Assembly (NCBI GenBank): GCA_040954595.2
Contig: CM082578.2
Span: 9,037,519-9,101,518 of the forward strand
Direction: 5' to 3'
DNA: 64,000 bases
DNA from: Balanoglossus misakiensis
Taxonomy: Eukaryota > Animalia > Hemichordata
Part shown: positions 14,115 to 25,925 of the stretch, one piece after another
Layout of the letters: each line of letters opens with the position of its first letter
Position numbering within the stretch: the first letter of the stretch is position 1
Position numbers and translations under genes: made by a program
The notes under the pieces: generated by a model
Database searches by the model: none
What the model was told of the DNA's origin: nothing
The model's input: the letters and a program-made list of their open reading frames with translations, nothing else

Positions 14115-17100
14115 GTACGCACGTACGTACACACGCATGTATGCATTCACGCACGTATACTCTTAACTTGACCATCATTGAAGGAATGACCTACCTTACT
14201 GTAAGTGATTGAGTCAAACATTCTTTCGTTTTCATGCGGCCAACCGACGGAAGGTAAGACGAGGGGGTGGGATGTGCGAGATTTCGAATCGTACATCATT
14301 GCGTTATAGGTGGCGTCGCGCATGTAAAACTGGTCCAAATACTGGAAAGCAAATATAATGATTATGGCGGTTATCAAGGGTCCAACTAAACAAAACAAAA
14401 CTAATATTGAATTGAAAAAAACTTTCAAAACATGTTTAGAATTTTTTTCAATAATCTTACCCCAGATAAGTCTGACTTCTTCTGTTAAAACGTTAAGGTA
14501 CATCCGGATTCTTAAATTAATTTGTGAATATTGGGTAGGAACACTCGGAATGAGAAAGAAAACACCTCTGGGCCCTTGAAACATAGTTGTAGCTTTCCAA
14601 ACCACCATACGTCTCTTTTTTCCCAAGAAAAATGGGGACAAGCCGTTTTTGTCTCCAGACGTGACTTTCTGCCCGATTTGACGCAACACCGGGAGATAAC
14701 GCCGCACGAAATACAAGGGTTGGATCACGCGCCACGCGTCACGGGGCCAGATCAAGACAACGCCGGGCATGCGTAATACGGATAATTGTCCCTACCTCCC
14801 AGTCTCCTTCCACGTGCTCCAATCCTATACCCTCGAGATACCGGGCGTAGCCCTCATTAAGCCACAGGTCAGACCACCACGAACACGTGACGATATTACC
14901 AAACCACTGTCAGTCAGATAAACAGACAAAAAAAGACATGTCAGCTGGTATACGCACATTGGCCTGAATTCATCGTCCTGTGCGCTACTCAGAAGGCGAC
15001 TTTTTAATTAAACGATTTTTTTATGCTCCCAAGATTCCTCTCGAGGTTTGTGATCGCTTTCTACAAAGTGGCAGGGGGAAAATCTCGGTTTGATCACTGC
15101 GTTAAGTTAAATAAACCCAGGTTTAGATTCACGTTTATCGTAATGTGGAAAGCCGCAATCCAATTTGCAAATACCGGACCAAATTCGTTAGCACAGCGCC
15201 AGCCAGTGGCAGAATTGGGTCAGCAGGGAACCAGACCAAGCCTTGAAGAGCACGGACTTCTTCCCGTCCAAAGAGTATAGATTATCAGAACGACTGTAGT
15301 CTTCACTCCAATAAATACTTCTGATTTCCCTGGGTACGTCGGTTACCTCAGGCTAACGGGATGAGTCGCTGTGACACCGCGCCCCCAAACAATAGGATGC
15401 GCATATGTCCGACGGCACGGCGTTCACGATACAATGTATGCATATTTTACCTTTCTGCGCTTGGTGTAAAAATGGATCATAGTATACAACTCATGTGTGC
15501 TAAAGGCAGGAAATTTACAACTTTTGACGGCCATTAAAGCGTAGAGTACGATCAAGGGAGTTTGAAATTATACGCTGGACATTTCATATAATATCCCCCT
15601 CCCCGAAGGCGCCGAACACTATAACGAGTTATTAAATACAAAAGAAACATTTATTTTGCTTCGATCTAATACATTGTGTAGAAGCTGTTTGGACGAACGT
15701 GCACAGTGAAATCAGAACGCATGGCCTTTTCTACGGGAATCATTGTATCGATCTGAATGCCTTCCGGGAGCCGAATGAATTCGGTAGCAAATGGATTTTT
15801 TATTCTAATTTTCCCGGAAAATAATCTTCAAGTTAGAGAAACAGTGCGGATATAGATGAGCAAATCTGGTGCCTGGATCGTCCTTAGGGCACGAGCGCTA
15901 CGAGTCGCGTCCAGGTGCGTGCACAGTGCGCTGACCGTGATTCGCTAGCTAATGATGTGCCGTGCGTCGTTTTGCCGCGCCGGTGCTGGTCAATTACTTG
16001 AAACGGTCGTAGCAACCGACTGGCAACGGCATCATCAGCGACAATGAACAATACCTTCAGAGTGGCGGCGCTCACGTGCGAGGTTTATGGAAGGTGACCT
16101 TGGTGTACTTTAACGACGGAACAATTGAGACAATAAACTTGATGGGAATCTAAGACAAGGTTATTGTTAAGTTTAATGTCATTCTCTTGTGCCAAATTGA
16201 TTTTTATTAGATGCTGTGTCAATTGGTTTTAACGTTTGTGCGGCGTTCTTTAGACCTTCTCCTGCACCCTAAAAACAACTCAAGATTCTTTCTTTGATCC
16301 ACGTTGAATAATATCAATTACTCATTCATTGTAGCCAGACGATAAGCGCCCAATATGGGAATAAAATTCGACCCGACCATTAACCTTTTTCATGGCTAAT
16401 GGCGTTGTTTTTTGTTTTGTTTCTCGTGGTCTTACAAATTCAGAAGTTTGCTCCTACATGTACTATGAAAGACTAACTATTTTCCGCAGACCTCAAATAC
16501 TTGACGAAATAACGCCCTCTGCGGTCAGATTGGGTGTGTACATGTAGATGGCGCTCGTGGGTATATTCGACCATCACATTGATGGTGAAATAAAGCAAAT
16601 TGGAATAGTGTGTCCATCAAAGTTCCAATATTAACTGACAATAACAAAGTTGTAAGGGTAATTTTCTTGTCTGTTTCCACGCGTACTCTGCCTCGGAATT
16701 AATGAAAACGTTTGCACCAAATCTTAAATTATGCGATTTTGTGCAATCGAAATAGGGCTTACACCCCCGTAGAGAAAAGATTGCGTTTGTCGCGAGTGTG
16801 TTTTGATTATCTACGGCTCCTTAAGGGTTGACCTCCAACCCGTTATTGTGTATCTCCGTCGAGATTTGTCGATCTGCATGACGTTGCGCCAAAAACAGTA
16901 TTTACATTGAGCTAATTTGAACTGATGATCGGGATGTGTGATTGTATAATCACTCGTCGTGTGTATACTGCGTGCGTGTTGGTCCATTCAACACACTCGG
17001 AAACTGGAAAGATTGATGATACGCATAGTTGTTACAAACACTACGACTAAGAAATGGCCACACTTAGACGAGCTATGTAGAAAATGAGAATAATGCGTGC

Positions 17101-20100
17101 TTTAGCGTCAACTGAAAAATGTTAAGTTATAACTTGGTGTCACTTTAACCTTGATAAATTGCGTTACTCTTGTGCACAATTTAGAAATTTGTCGTTTGCC
17201 ACCATGGCGTTTTTGTGCAAAAATGACCCTGTTTGGCGTAAAATAACGTGTTTTTATACTTTTTTTAAATTTTGTTTGACATTTTACATTTTAATCCTTC
17301 GCGTGAGTTTTACATTCATTCATTCATTCATTCATTCATTCATTCATTTTTTCCAACATGGTGACTCTGGATCTGTCTATTTTATATTTGGCCGACAAAG
17401 GAGAATAAATAAATCCAATACACTTATGCCAGTTTACCTGGTGTGCTATTTCGTGCGTCACAATCCTAGCGATGAACAGTTTGTCTTTAGGAGTGTGTAT
17501 AGTTTCGTTGTACAATAGAGTGTCCTCGCCATAGATAACCAGTCCCCAATTCTCCATAGCGCTGAGGAATTCTGGAAGTCCAACCATGTCTGTCAAAACA
17601 ATTGGTTCGAATTTATATACAGCGTGTCAACACTGTGATAGCAGTAAAACTTCCGAATGCCTCAGAATCACGCCCCGAGCAACTTTCAGTTCATGAACTT
17701 TGCGTTTGTTTGGGGCATTTTGATTTTCCGCAGCCGCTCATCATTAGCGAGATCCCGCGAGACTTGGTTAATTGCCGGGTAGCTAGTCAGTAATACAAGT
17801 CAAGCTTTGTACGAACCTAGAATAGATGCAGACTTTAATTGTAACTTTTGGGCAATGGGCCATGTGTCACTTATACCTAACAGAAAATGGTCTATTCCTT
17901 CCGCGTTAATCGTGCGCTCCTATGCCCCTTGCCTGATGTCGATTTCGTACTGACATTCCCATGCCATGCGTAAGACTTAGAGAAACATCCATTGCCACGT
18001 ACCTAATTTTGGTAAGATATATGGTAGAACGAAGAGCTTTTGAAAGAATGTCATCAATTGGCTGGCAACTTTGATGGAGTAGTCAACCCAATCAACTCTC
18101 TCTGGAACTGCGCAGACTCGGAGCTGAAAAAAAGGAGAAACCGTGTATTAATCAATCGCCCAAAACAAAATGGCATCGTCACGTAGTTTGCGAATTGAAA
18201 TAATGGCTGTTCTGCATGCATGTGTGTGCACTCCACTCCAGGCGTACATGTAAGAACTGCGCACAATGGCTGGTCATGATGATGAGGGTAACAGCATGCG
18301 GCTGTCTACCCGAGGGAGTGTGAGTCACCCCGGCTCGACGGACGTTTCGCTGTTTGTAGAATGGCGGGTCAATATGTGATTTTAACACACATTTGATATA
18401 TATGAACTGGGTCGGTTACAAAACACATGGGCACCTCTAGTTCGTACACTTTACGACCAAGATAATGCTCACAGAATTTTCTGGCAACATCAATCGGAAA
18501 TGTTCGCTCTGGGATGATTTGGCCAATCGGTGCGGAGCCAAGTTCTATTCTTTCGGGGACAGTAAGAAATATACCGAGAATTTTGCTAATTTTGATTACA
18601 AAGAAACAATAACGTCACGTGGACACGTGGTACGTACGTACGTACATGTATGTGTGTGCGTGCTTGCGTGCGTGTGTGTCTGCCTTTATGTACATGTATG
18701 TATGCCATAATATAGTGCGTAATATTTTTTTTTCTGATATGTCTTCACGTCACTGCTATCAAACGATACTCTTATTCTTGACATTACTTTCTCGTTTCGT
18801 TACCTCGACTCCAGTATCGGTGACAGTCGCCTTACACTGTAAGTCGGCTACCACCATGGCAACCAGATATGTCGACATGTAAACGGAAGTGTCAAAGTAT
18901 GACGTCACCCAGTCTTCCTGGTGCTGCTCTTGGTAAATCATGGGCATGTTGGCGAACGCCTGGCGTTTCTTGCGATGTGTGATCGCTATGCTGAAGTTGG
19001 CCTTCATACTGGGTTCATCAAAGCACGGGAAGACGCGGCGTGCGTGCACACTTTGCATCTGGGTAGCCGCCATGTACCTTCAAAAAAATAAAAAAGACGC
19101 CGTTGTTAATGTCACTGCTGAGCAGTGTATCTCTCCAAATAGATCCATGATTTAAAAGAAGAAGAAAAAAAAACTGACTGATCTTTTTGTATTCGAGTGT
19201 TTACAAAAGGATGACGTGGTTGACTGAGTTCTGTTAACAGCGAGAGGCCATTGAAATATCTGTTTATGGGCGAGAGATTTTAATTTACTCAAAACGCCGC
19301 ATTCTTGCGGTCCCCAAACTGCAAAAGCTCCAGGGATGTCAAAACATTACAAATCATCACCTTGTTGTTAGTGTTGGTATGTTGGCACTTGAACAGTCAC
19401 TAGACACAGCAAATGCAACCCTGAATGATGAAAACGGGCTTTTGTATACTCTTGGGCGACCTTTAAACTCGCTGTATGCGAGAAACTCCATGGAAAGGTC
19501 TTGTTGCTTAAGTTTTTTTTGTGTCGGCGGTGGTCCGCATTACAGGCCACCACATACCGAGAAAACCGCTGGAACGTTAAAAAGGTCGAAAAACCTATGC
19601 ATTCAGATGAATACTGAAGCCGAGTGCTTTGAGCCCGGTTCCCCTCGCAATGCCGACTTCCTCAGCTGTACATCTTGGCATTGCTTTCAACCATAGACAG
19701 TGAATTAACCCTTGCTCATGTACGCCCGTCAAACGAAGAGTATTTTGTTCTAAAATATCCGATACGTATTCTCTTTAAAATAATCAAGACGTTACACTGA
19801 GCTCGGGTTGCGCATCGCAGTGTCTATTAAAGGGACAAAATCTCTCTCTCTCTCGCTGCCCCTTTTCCTTTAATTATGTTTGGTACAAGACACCGTTTAT
19901 GTTTTTCTACATGTGAATATAGCGTGAATCAACGGTATAGACCGATTATTCATTTTGGCGAGTTTTTCACTCTCGTGTCTACAAGTGGGATGGAAGTTGT
20001 GTGTGGTCGAATGTTGATTCACTATATATCCACATGTAGAATAACATAAACGGTGTCTATCTTGTACTATCAAACATAGTTAATGGAAAAAATGGTATCG

Positions 20101-23100
20101 AAAGAGAGACGTTGTCTCGTCATCTTCGCAAGATAACGACACCCATTGACGAGGCAACATGTTACTTGAAGTATCGCGATCACAAATGAAGAGTGATACG
20201 ACTAAGAGTATGCGGCAACATGCTCAGACTATTTCAGTCATCGAACTTCGTGTCGGTTCCGTATCGCGATCTCGAGAGGATGAATGAAGAAGTGCTACTA
20301 TAACATCCTTAACTTAGTTTTCAGAGTTTTCAATGCGAGTGTTATCAACGTTCTACCCAATCTGATTAAAACCAGATAAAGTGTAACGCTACGTCTGCTT
20401 ACGTGATATTCTCCGGTAGAGAGAGGCGATATCACCAGAGAATGATACCGCATAAGTACAGACGTCGCCGTATTCGACATATGATTTTCAACCGAATATC
20501 TCGAAAACTGTGGTGAGAATCATATCACCATATGCTCAAGTTCTCATCCCGTTCTAACCAATTATCTTCTAATCAACTCACTATCGCCGGGCGAGTGACA
20601 GATTGTAATCTTCATGCAACTGTTACAAAAGTGCAGAGTTATAAGCACGTATTATGACAATATTACGTGCTGAACATCTCACGTCTATATACAGTCTACA
20701 TGATTGACTACTCTGAATGGACGCTTTTGGTAGCTTCTGATTTTTATTCCTCATAAATTGCTGTCTATATTTGTCTTCAGTGTATAATACAATATTCGCA
20801 TTTTGATTTCATACGGCCGTTACAAAGTCGTCGGGTAATTTTGCACATGTAAGACTGTTATGAGTGTTGTCAAAGAATTTAGCCGGAGAAAAGTCATATA
20901 TCAGTGTCCATTGGTATATTTTCCTATTCAGCCGGAGTCCTCAACAACAGATGTCCCCGACTCACTGCAGGGGGCTTTATAACGTCCCTTCCTTTACGCT
21001 CTTTGGCTTTATTTTATGCATGTAGCTTTGCAATGCCCCAATGTTACTCGTGACTAGCGCAAAACAAGGGGTGTGCTGTTATTAAAAAATACAGAAACGC
21101 CCCCTCTTTAATTTGTCTTTACGCTGTCCTCCCCCACAGCCTGCCCGTCCTCAATGTCAAGTTCTAAGGTCACTTCAAAGTCAAAGCGCTCGGAACCGCT
21201 TCCAGGAATCAAGACGCCGCATGCAAGTCTTGTGTTTTCCGCTAAACAAGTAAAATCTGCCTGTTTGTCGATGGTTGTCTAATATATTCCTCACTCAAGG
21301 TGGCCTCGACACGAGAAGTTGAACGACTCGCGAAGACTGCGCGAACGGGGGCACTTGCCAACTGCCGCGGAAACCCCGCTAACTTCATGCGCACGCCCCG
21401 GCAGGTCGTCGGCGATGTTTAACGCACCGCGTTTTCCGAGTCGACGCCGATGTTATTCAGTGTTTACGGGCGGTGCGAGTTTTAACGGATCAGCGAGAAA
21501 AGGACGGTCGCCCGGATGACATGGTTACTGCGTTGCGGACCTTGACACGAGGATGATCAATCTCGCGAGTGGATGTTGAGAACGGATCAAAATCGCAGGG
21601 TCTGGAAATGAAACTTAACGGGAAGCCGAACTCTTGTGACCCCCCCTATAGGCACTGGAAACATCGAAAGACGCTAGGTTATTTGCATCGACGTCAACGT
21701 ACATTAAGCTTTTACACACACAAAAACAAAATAACACAAAAAATAACACGATAACAAAATTAAAACCTTCCAGTGCGACGAGGAAATACGCGAGCTCATA
21801 AGAATTAGTGAGTCTGGTCGCATGGTACTGTCAAACACGTTTCCAACATACAATGACCATTTTTGAAGTTGTTTAAATTTGTGAGTTATTTGCCATTGGC
21901 AAGTTTTGTATCAGTGGTATGGAAGGCTTGGCGAAATTGCGTGTACGTAATCTCTGGGAAGCACGATGACAAGTGTTTACCACAGGCGCTATGACCTATG
22001 ACCCCTCAGTGGATCATGGAAGCATTCCTTGACTTCTAATAGTGTATTGTACTTATTAGTTGTGACATTATACTAATAAAACCGAAGTTGGTTTACTTTT
22101 ATGTGCGAGTTGCTCAATATCATACTTGCCACTGAAAAAACGGGTCTCTCAACATGTTTTCAGTTTTCTGTGATCATTGCAAAGTAGATTGCAGCCGGCT
22201 GGGGAACGTCGTTTATTTTTCCCCCCGTCTTGATACAAGTCAGTCCGAATGAGGCTAGTTCATCCTACTTGCCTTGATGAAGGACAGATTTCCTCTGACT
22301 CAAGAGGGGGGCATTCTCCATCAGGATGATTTATCACGAAGCACTTAACGGACAGAATGATGGACACTGATTTGCTAGAAGGCGGTGGTGTTTGAGGTTG
22401 GGTTTTTATCTCGGTGGGGAATGCGTTGACATAACTACGAGTATAGACTCTTCCATATCATTAAAAAAAGAAACGATGAAATAAAATACATCGGGAGCAG
22501 ATCGCAGCGGGTAGAAATATCTCAGAATCTCCGTTATAGAAACGTCTCCAGTGAATGATGATGTGCAGTAACTGTAAAGATCTGCCAAGAAAATTAATCT
22601 GATTCTACCATTTAAAAATACAAATCATCGCAGGTTCCATTTTAGAACAGTAATAAAGATTTAACCACTGTGTCTATTTTTTAGTATTTATAACTCAATG
22701 ACACGGAACAATGTCTTTACACTTTTAAGATGTTATTGTTAACCTACAGATTTAATGATGGCTTTGTGAAAGAACAATTATAATTATTCGTGATGCAAAC
22801 GCTTCTACTGGCAATGAAAGAATGAAAATATAGCTCACTTTGTATCGTGATCGGTTGCGTACGCGATCTTGTAGAATCCCACACGGTCAATATGCTGCAG
22901 GGTCCCGGTGTAAGTAAGACTCAATACGTAGTCGGTACCAGCGCGCAAAACGGTGCTCGTCTCCAGAATGACAAACTCGTATTTTTCTTCGTAGCGCACA
23001 TCCCAGATCGGCACCTGGACGTTATCCGTAGTTCGCAGCACGATCGTTGACGGGTCTATCGTCAGGTGTAGGATGTGTAACGTCGTGAGGTTGGTGGGTT

Positions 23101-23518
23101 CGACACAGCGGAACGTAAAATTAAGCTCACCGTCGAAAGAGAACTGTTTGTCGCCATCTTGGTCGTCCAAGTAAGGTTTCACTTTAAATTCGTAAATGAT
23201 AGGTTCCAGCGTCTCTGGTATGCGCCCGTCAAATATCTCCTCGACCTCCTCCCCTTCCCCCGCCCCCTCCTCCCCTATTGTTATGCCGGGCGTCGCGGGA
23301 AACTGCTCCGCATCAGGAACATTTCTAGGGCTTCTCGGACACGTGGGCAAGTAGTACGTTATCAGGACCGCGGCGACGATGATCGATATGAGGAGGAAGG
23401 CAACAGCCGCGGCCGCGGGCTTGGATATCATCAGACCGTTCCTGCCGCCCTGGCTGTCGCCGGAGTCCGAGTCCGGGTAGCTCTTCTTGTCCGCGACGTC
23501 GTTCTGCTTCTCGGCCAT
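7609..23518 (-). CDS. Aminopeptidase N-like (M1 zinc metallopeptidase, type II membrane) paralogue B, complete, 17 exons, about 982 aa
   Basis: Exons (all GT-AG, phases consistent, total 2949 nt): 23518-22839, 19077-18804, 18123-18003, 17589-17438, 14906-14796, 14341-14195, 14017-13886, 13597-13422, 13177-13089, 12676-12540, 12356-12153, 11575-11499, 11367-11254, 9946-9776, 9581-9453, 8971-8899, 7770-7609. Motifs: TM anchor, [29 protein letters not shown]|WFGN...WLNEG (HExxH-x18-E), FDSITYSKG (catalytic Tyr), GFYRVNYD, and C-terminal NIEWMERN. Confidence 0.93.
8560..8870 (+). mobile_element. Possible degenerate DIRS/Ngaro gag C-terminal relic
   Basis: A coding-like island in intron 16 of peptidase B. 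Frame-shifted pieces CHLASNW / [12 protein letters not shown] / PDCK..HRCYK resemble DIRS gag W...D...L blocks and a Cys/His finger. Recognised by eye only. Confidence 0.25.
10400..11042 (+). mobile_element. Dispersed ~640 bp non-autonomous element, copy 1 (hairpin-capped; possibly Crypton-related)
   Basis: Near-identical to 56918-57578 in the same orientation, with both copies ending at ...TTTCAGGTGAATCCGT. The left end forms a hairpin (GGATAATGTAC...GTGTCGTTCAAT / ATTGCACGACAC...GTACATTATCC). It lies in intron 13 of peptidase B. The family assignment is inference. Confidence 0.8.
14069..14114. repeat. (GTCT)n microsatellite
   Basis: Perfect tetranucleotide run. Confidence 0.95.
17313..17347. 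repeat. (CATT)n microsatellite
   Basis: Tetranucleotide run. Confidence 0.9.
19861..20095. mobile_element. Palindromic MITE-like element
   Basis: The arm at 19861-19933 (..TATGTTTGGTACAAGACACCGTTTATGTTTTTCTACATGTGAATATAGCGTGAATCAAC) is imperfectly inverted at 20013-20095 (GTTGATTCACTATATATCCACATGTAGAATAACATAAACGGTGTC..TTGTAC..CAAACATA). Confidence 0.7.
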
Positions 23519-24029
23519 TCTTCAACACCAGCTCGTTGTGACGCAGATCGATGCCCTCTTGTTGTAAACACAGCCGTCGCACTGGTGGACGACTCGCGCA
23601 ACAACAGCAGAGCTCCTCCGTTGCAGCATCGGCGAAGGGTTTTCACAGGGGCAAAGTTCGACAGGCAACTTTGGTTATCACAACCACCTTCGTATGCAAA
23701 TTTCTCCCCTGGCACTCTTTCAATGCGATAGCTTATTACAATAACACATTTCTCAACTATTTATGCCGTAATAGCTTGTCCGTAATGACCCAGTCACCTC
23801 GAACATTTCAGGATAGTGCAAGTTTCAAAACACCACCTCCCCGAACGCCAATGGCCACGCATACGTAATTATTTGGAAATGTACGCAGAACATACGCCTT
23901 AAGTCTTATCTGGTATTTTTGCAAAGCAAACATAACACATGTGTTCACAATTAAGCTGTACACAGAAATCTACAAGCACATATGTAAGATGCATAATGGC
24001 GTCATATTAAAATATTAATGAAGTTTAAA

Positions 24030-25288
24030 TCTTGGGAAGCACAGCCACATGGGTAATCTCCATATCTCTGACCTATCAGATTCACCCATGGCGGGTTTTG
24101 CCAATGCCACTTGCTCATACAAACAGAGTTGTTTTGTGGAGGGAAGTTTGATTCCTAATCATTCGCTTCAAGCCGCTACTGGTGCTGGCAACTTGTCATT
24201 TGTTACCCCTGACTGTCGACAAATCCTTTGTCCACAAGGTCGACGTCCGTAACTGCTAGCTGACGGGTGCTCACCACTGCGACTGATCACACGCTGTGCG
24301 ACCAACTTCCCGATAGGAGGGACAGGGCAGCATCAAGAATATGACAAGAGAATCGCTACCAGAGTCGCAGCTACCAGGCTCAATCAATGGACTTGTTTCT
24401 GACTACGCCACGAGAGTCCACCCTGATTTCAGAAAAACCAGACGGACGCTCCCATTGACGCTCAACAATGGGCAACGAAGTACGAGCTGACCCCAGAGAC
24501 AGTCGCTATTCTCATCAGTGCAGGTTTTCCCCCAATGGCATCTATTCGCCTGATAAAAGAACAAGATATCAAAGAAATGTGGGCATCTCCCCTCGCACAC
24601 AATGTCGTTTACTGGAAGAGTCCAGTCGCACATGTTTACACATACTAGTACATGTATACTAATCGGCTGCAGTCTGCTTCAACAAAACTGCCAGCGAACA
24701 CTTCGACAAGACATCTCCCTTCCGGTCCGGAAGCTAGCGCCCCCAAACAGAGCGGACACTGCGCAACTCCAAAACAACATGGCGACTACCAGCTACTAGT
24801 ATGTGTACTAGGTACAGCGGTACACTGGAAGCCCCATTCCCCATCTTTATTACTCTGCATGCGGTCTCAACTCAACTTCACTTCTTCCGAGGATTGCATT
24901 TTGGGGTACTTGTTTATTAGGCTACTCTTCTTTGGGCTCCTTCGTCGCTCCAACATCCTTCCTCCTTAGGCCTAAAGTACTCAATTTGATCCATCTGGAC
25001 AAATTACACAGGCCGACTTTCTTGACTTTCCTTGGGTACTGGGAGTGGTTATCCGCTGGTCTAAAACTATCCATACCAAAGATATGGAATTTTTAACCCC
25101 CTTCCCATCCCTCCAACAAGACATCTCGCTTCCGGTCCGGAAGATAGGTCTTGGGAAGCACAGCCACATGGGTAATCTCCATATCTCTGACCTATCAGAT
25201 TCACCCATGGCGGGTTTTGCCAATGTCTCTTGCTCATACAAACAGAGTTGTTTTGTGGAGGGAAGTTTAATTCTTCATTATTCGCTTC
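24030..25288 (+). mobile_element. Internally deleted tyrosine-recombinase retrotransposon relic (DIRS/Ngaro-type)
   Basis: ~140 bp direct repeats at 24030-24169 and 25149-25288, and a second ~32 bp direct repeat at 24706-24737 and 25116-25147. A gag-like N-terminus (QQWATKYELTPETVAILISAGFPPMASIRLIKEQDIKEM) lies at ~24460-24580. A stop-interrupted YR fragment (LLFFGLLRRSNILP...FDPSGQITQADF...VVIRWSKTIH) lies at ~24840-25110. Confidence 0.8.
24840..25112 (+). pseudogene. Tyrosine recombinase (YR) fragment of a DIRS/Ngaro element
   Basis: FFGLLRRSN (box I catalytic Arg region), FDP..QIT..DF and IRWSKT (catalytic Lys region) match DIRS-type YR. There are in-frame stops at ~24967-24975, and box II (HxxR...Y) is missing. 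Confidence 0.75.
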
Positions 25289-25837
25289 CTGTTGCTGCTG
25301 AAATTTGCATCAGTTAAAACGCGAATTCTTCCGATGGGAATCTATTTTATCTGTACAAGAATTGAATGTTGAACAGGTTTTTGAGTGGTGGCGCACTTCA
25401 ACGTTAACAGCGCTGATCCAGTTAAGCGCCCAGCGGATTCTTCCTATGTAATTAAATAGTGAAAGTCAATTTATAGAATTCGATCCTAGTGTAATCTTGG
25501 CGAACAGAAATAAACGTGGCATTTCAGCTTCAAGCACGGACATTCTTTTCTGACTTTCGAAGTGTAACATGAGAGAAAGCCGTGGTAAACCCGATGTCCA
25601 TTTTTCGGATCAATTAGGCACCCTTTTATAATCCACGCGTTCTCACGTAGACTCTCCGGAGAATCGCCTACTTACACCGGGACCGGTTCGGTCGGGTTTC
25701 ATCGAATATGTTGCATCGTAGCAGTTCGCATGACTGCTTTGCATGGGGCAAATCATCCCCCAGCAAAGAAATGTGTGCATCGGTTTAGGAGTGCAAATTG
25801 CAGTCGACAATGCTCGAAATGCCAACCGGGGGGAGTA

Positions 25838-25925
25838 AGACAGACAGACAAACAGACCTGTAGACAGATAGACAGACAGACAGCTAGATAGGTGGATAGA
25901 CAGTCAGACAAGCGGACAGACAGGT
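25838..25925. repeat. Degenerate (GACA/GATA)n microsatellite
   Basis: Imperfect tetranucleotide array. Confidence 0.8.

Noticed and set aside
14342-14770. Long N-terminal extension of the 207-aa ORF
   Set aside because: Only 14341-14195 is exonic. The rest is intron read-through upstream of a clear TTCCAG acceptor.
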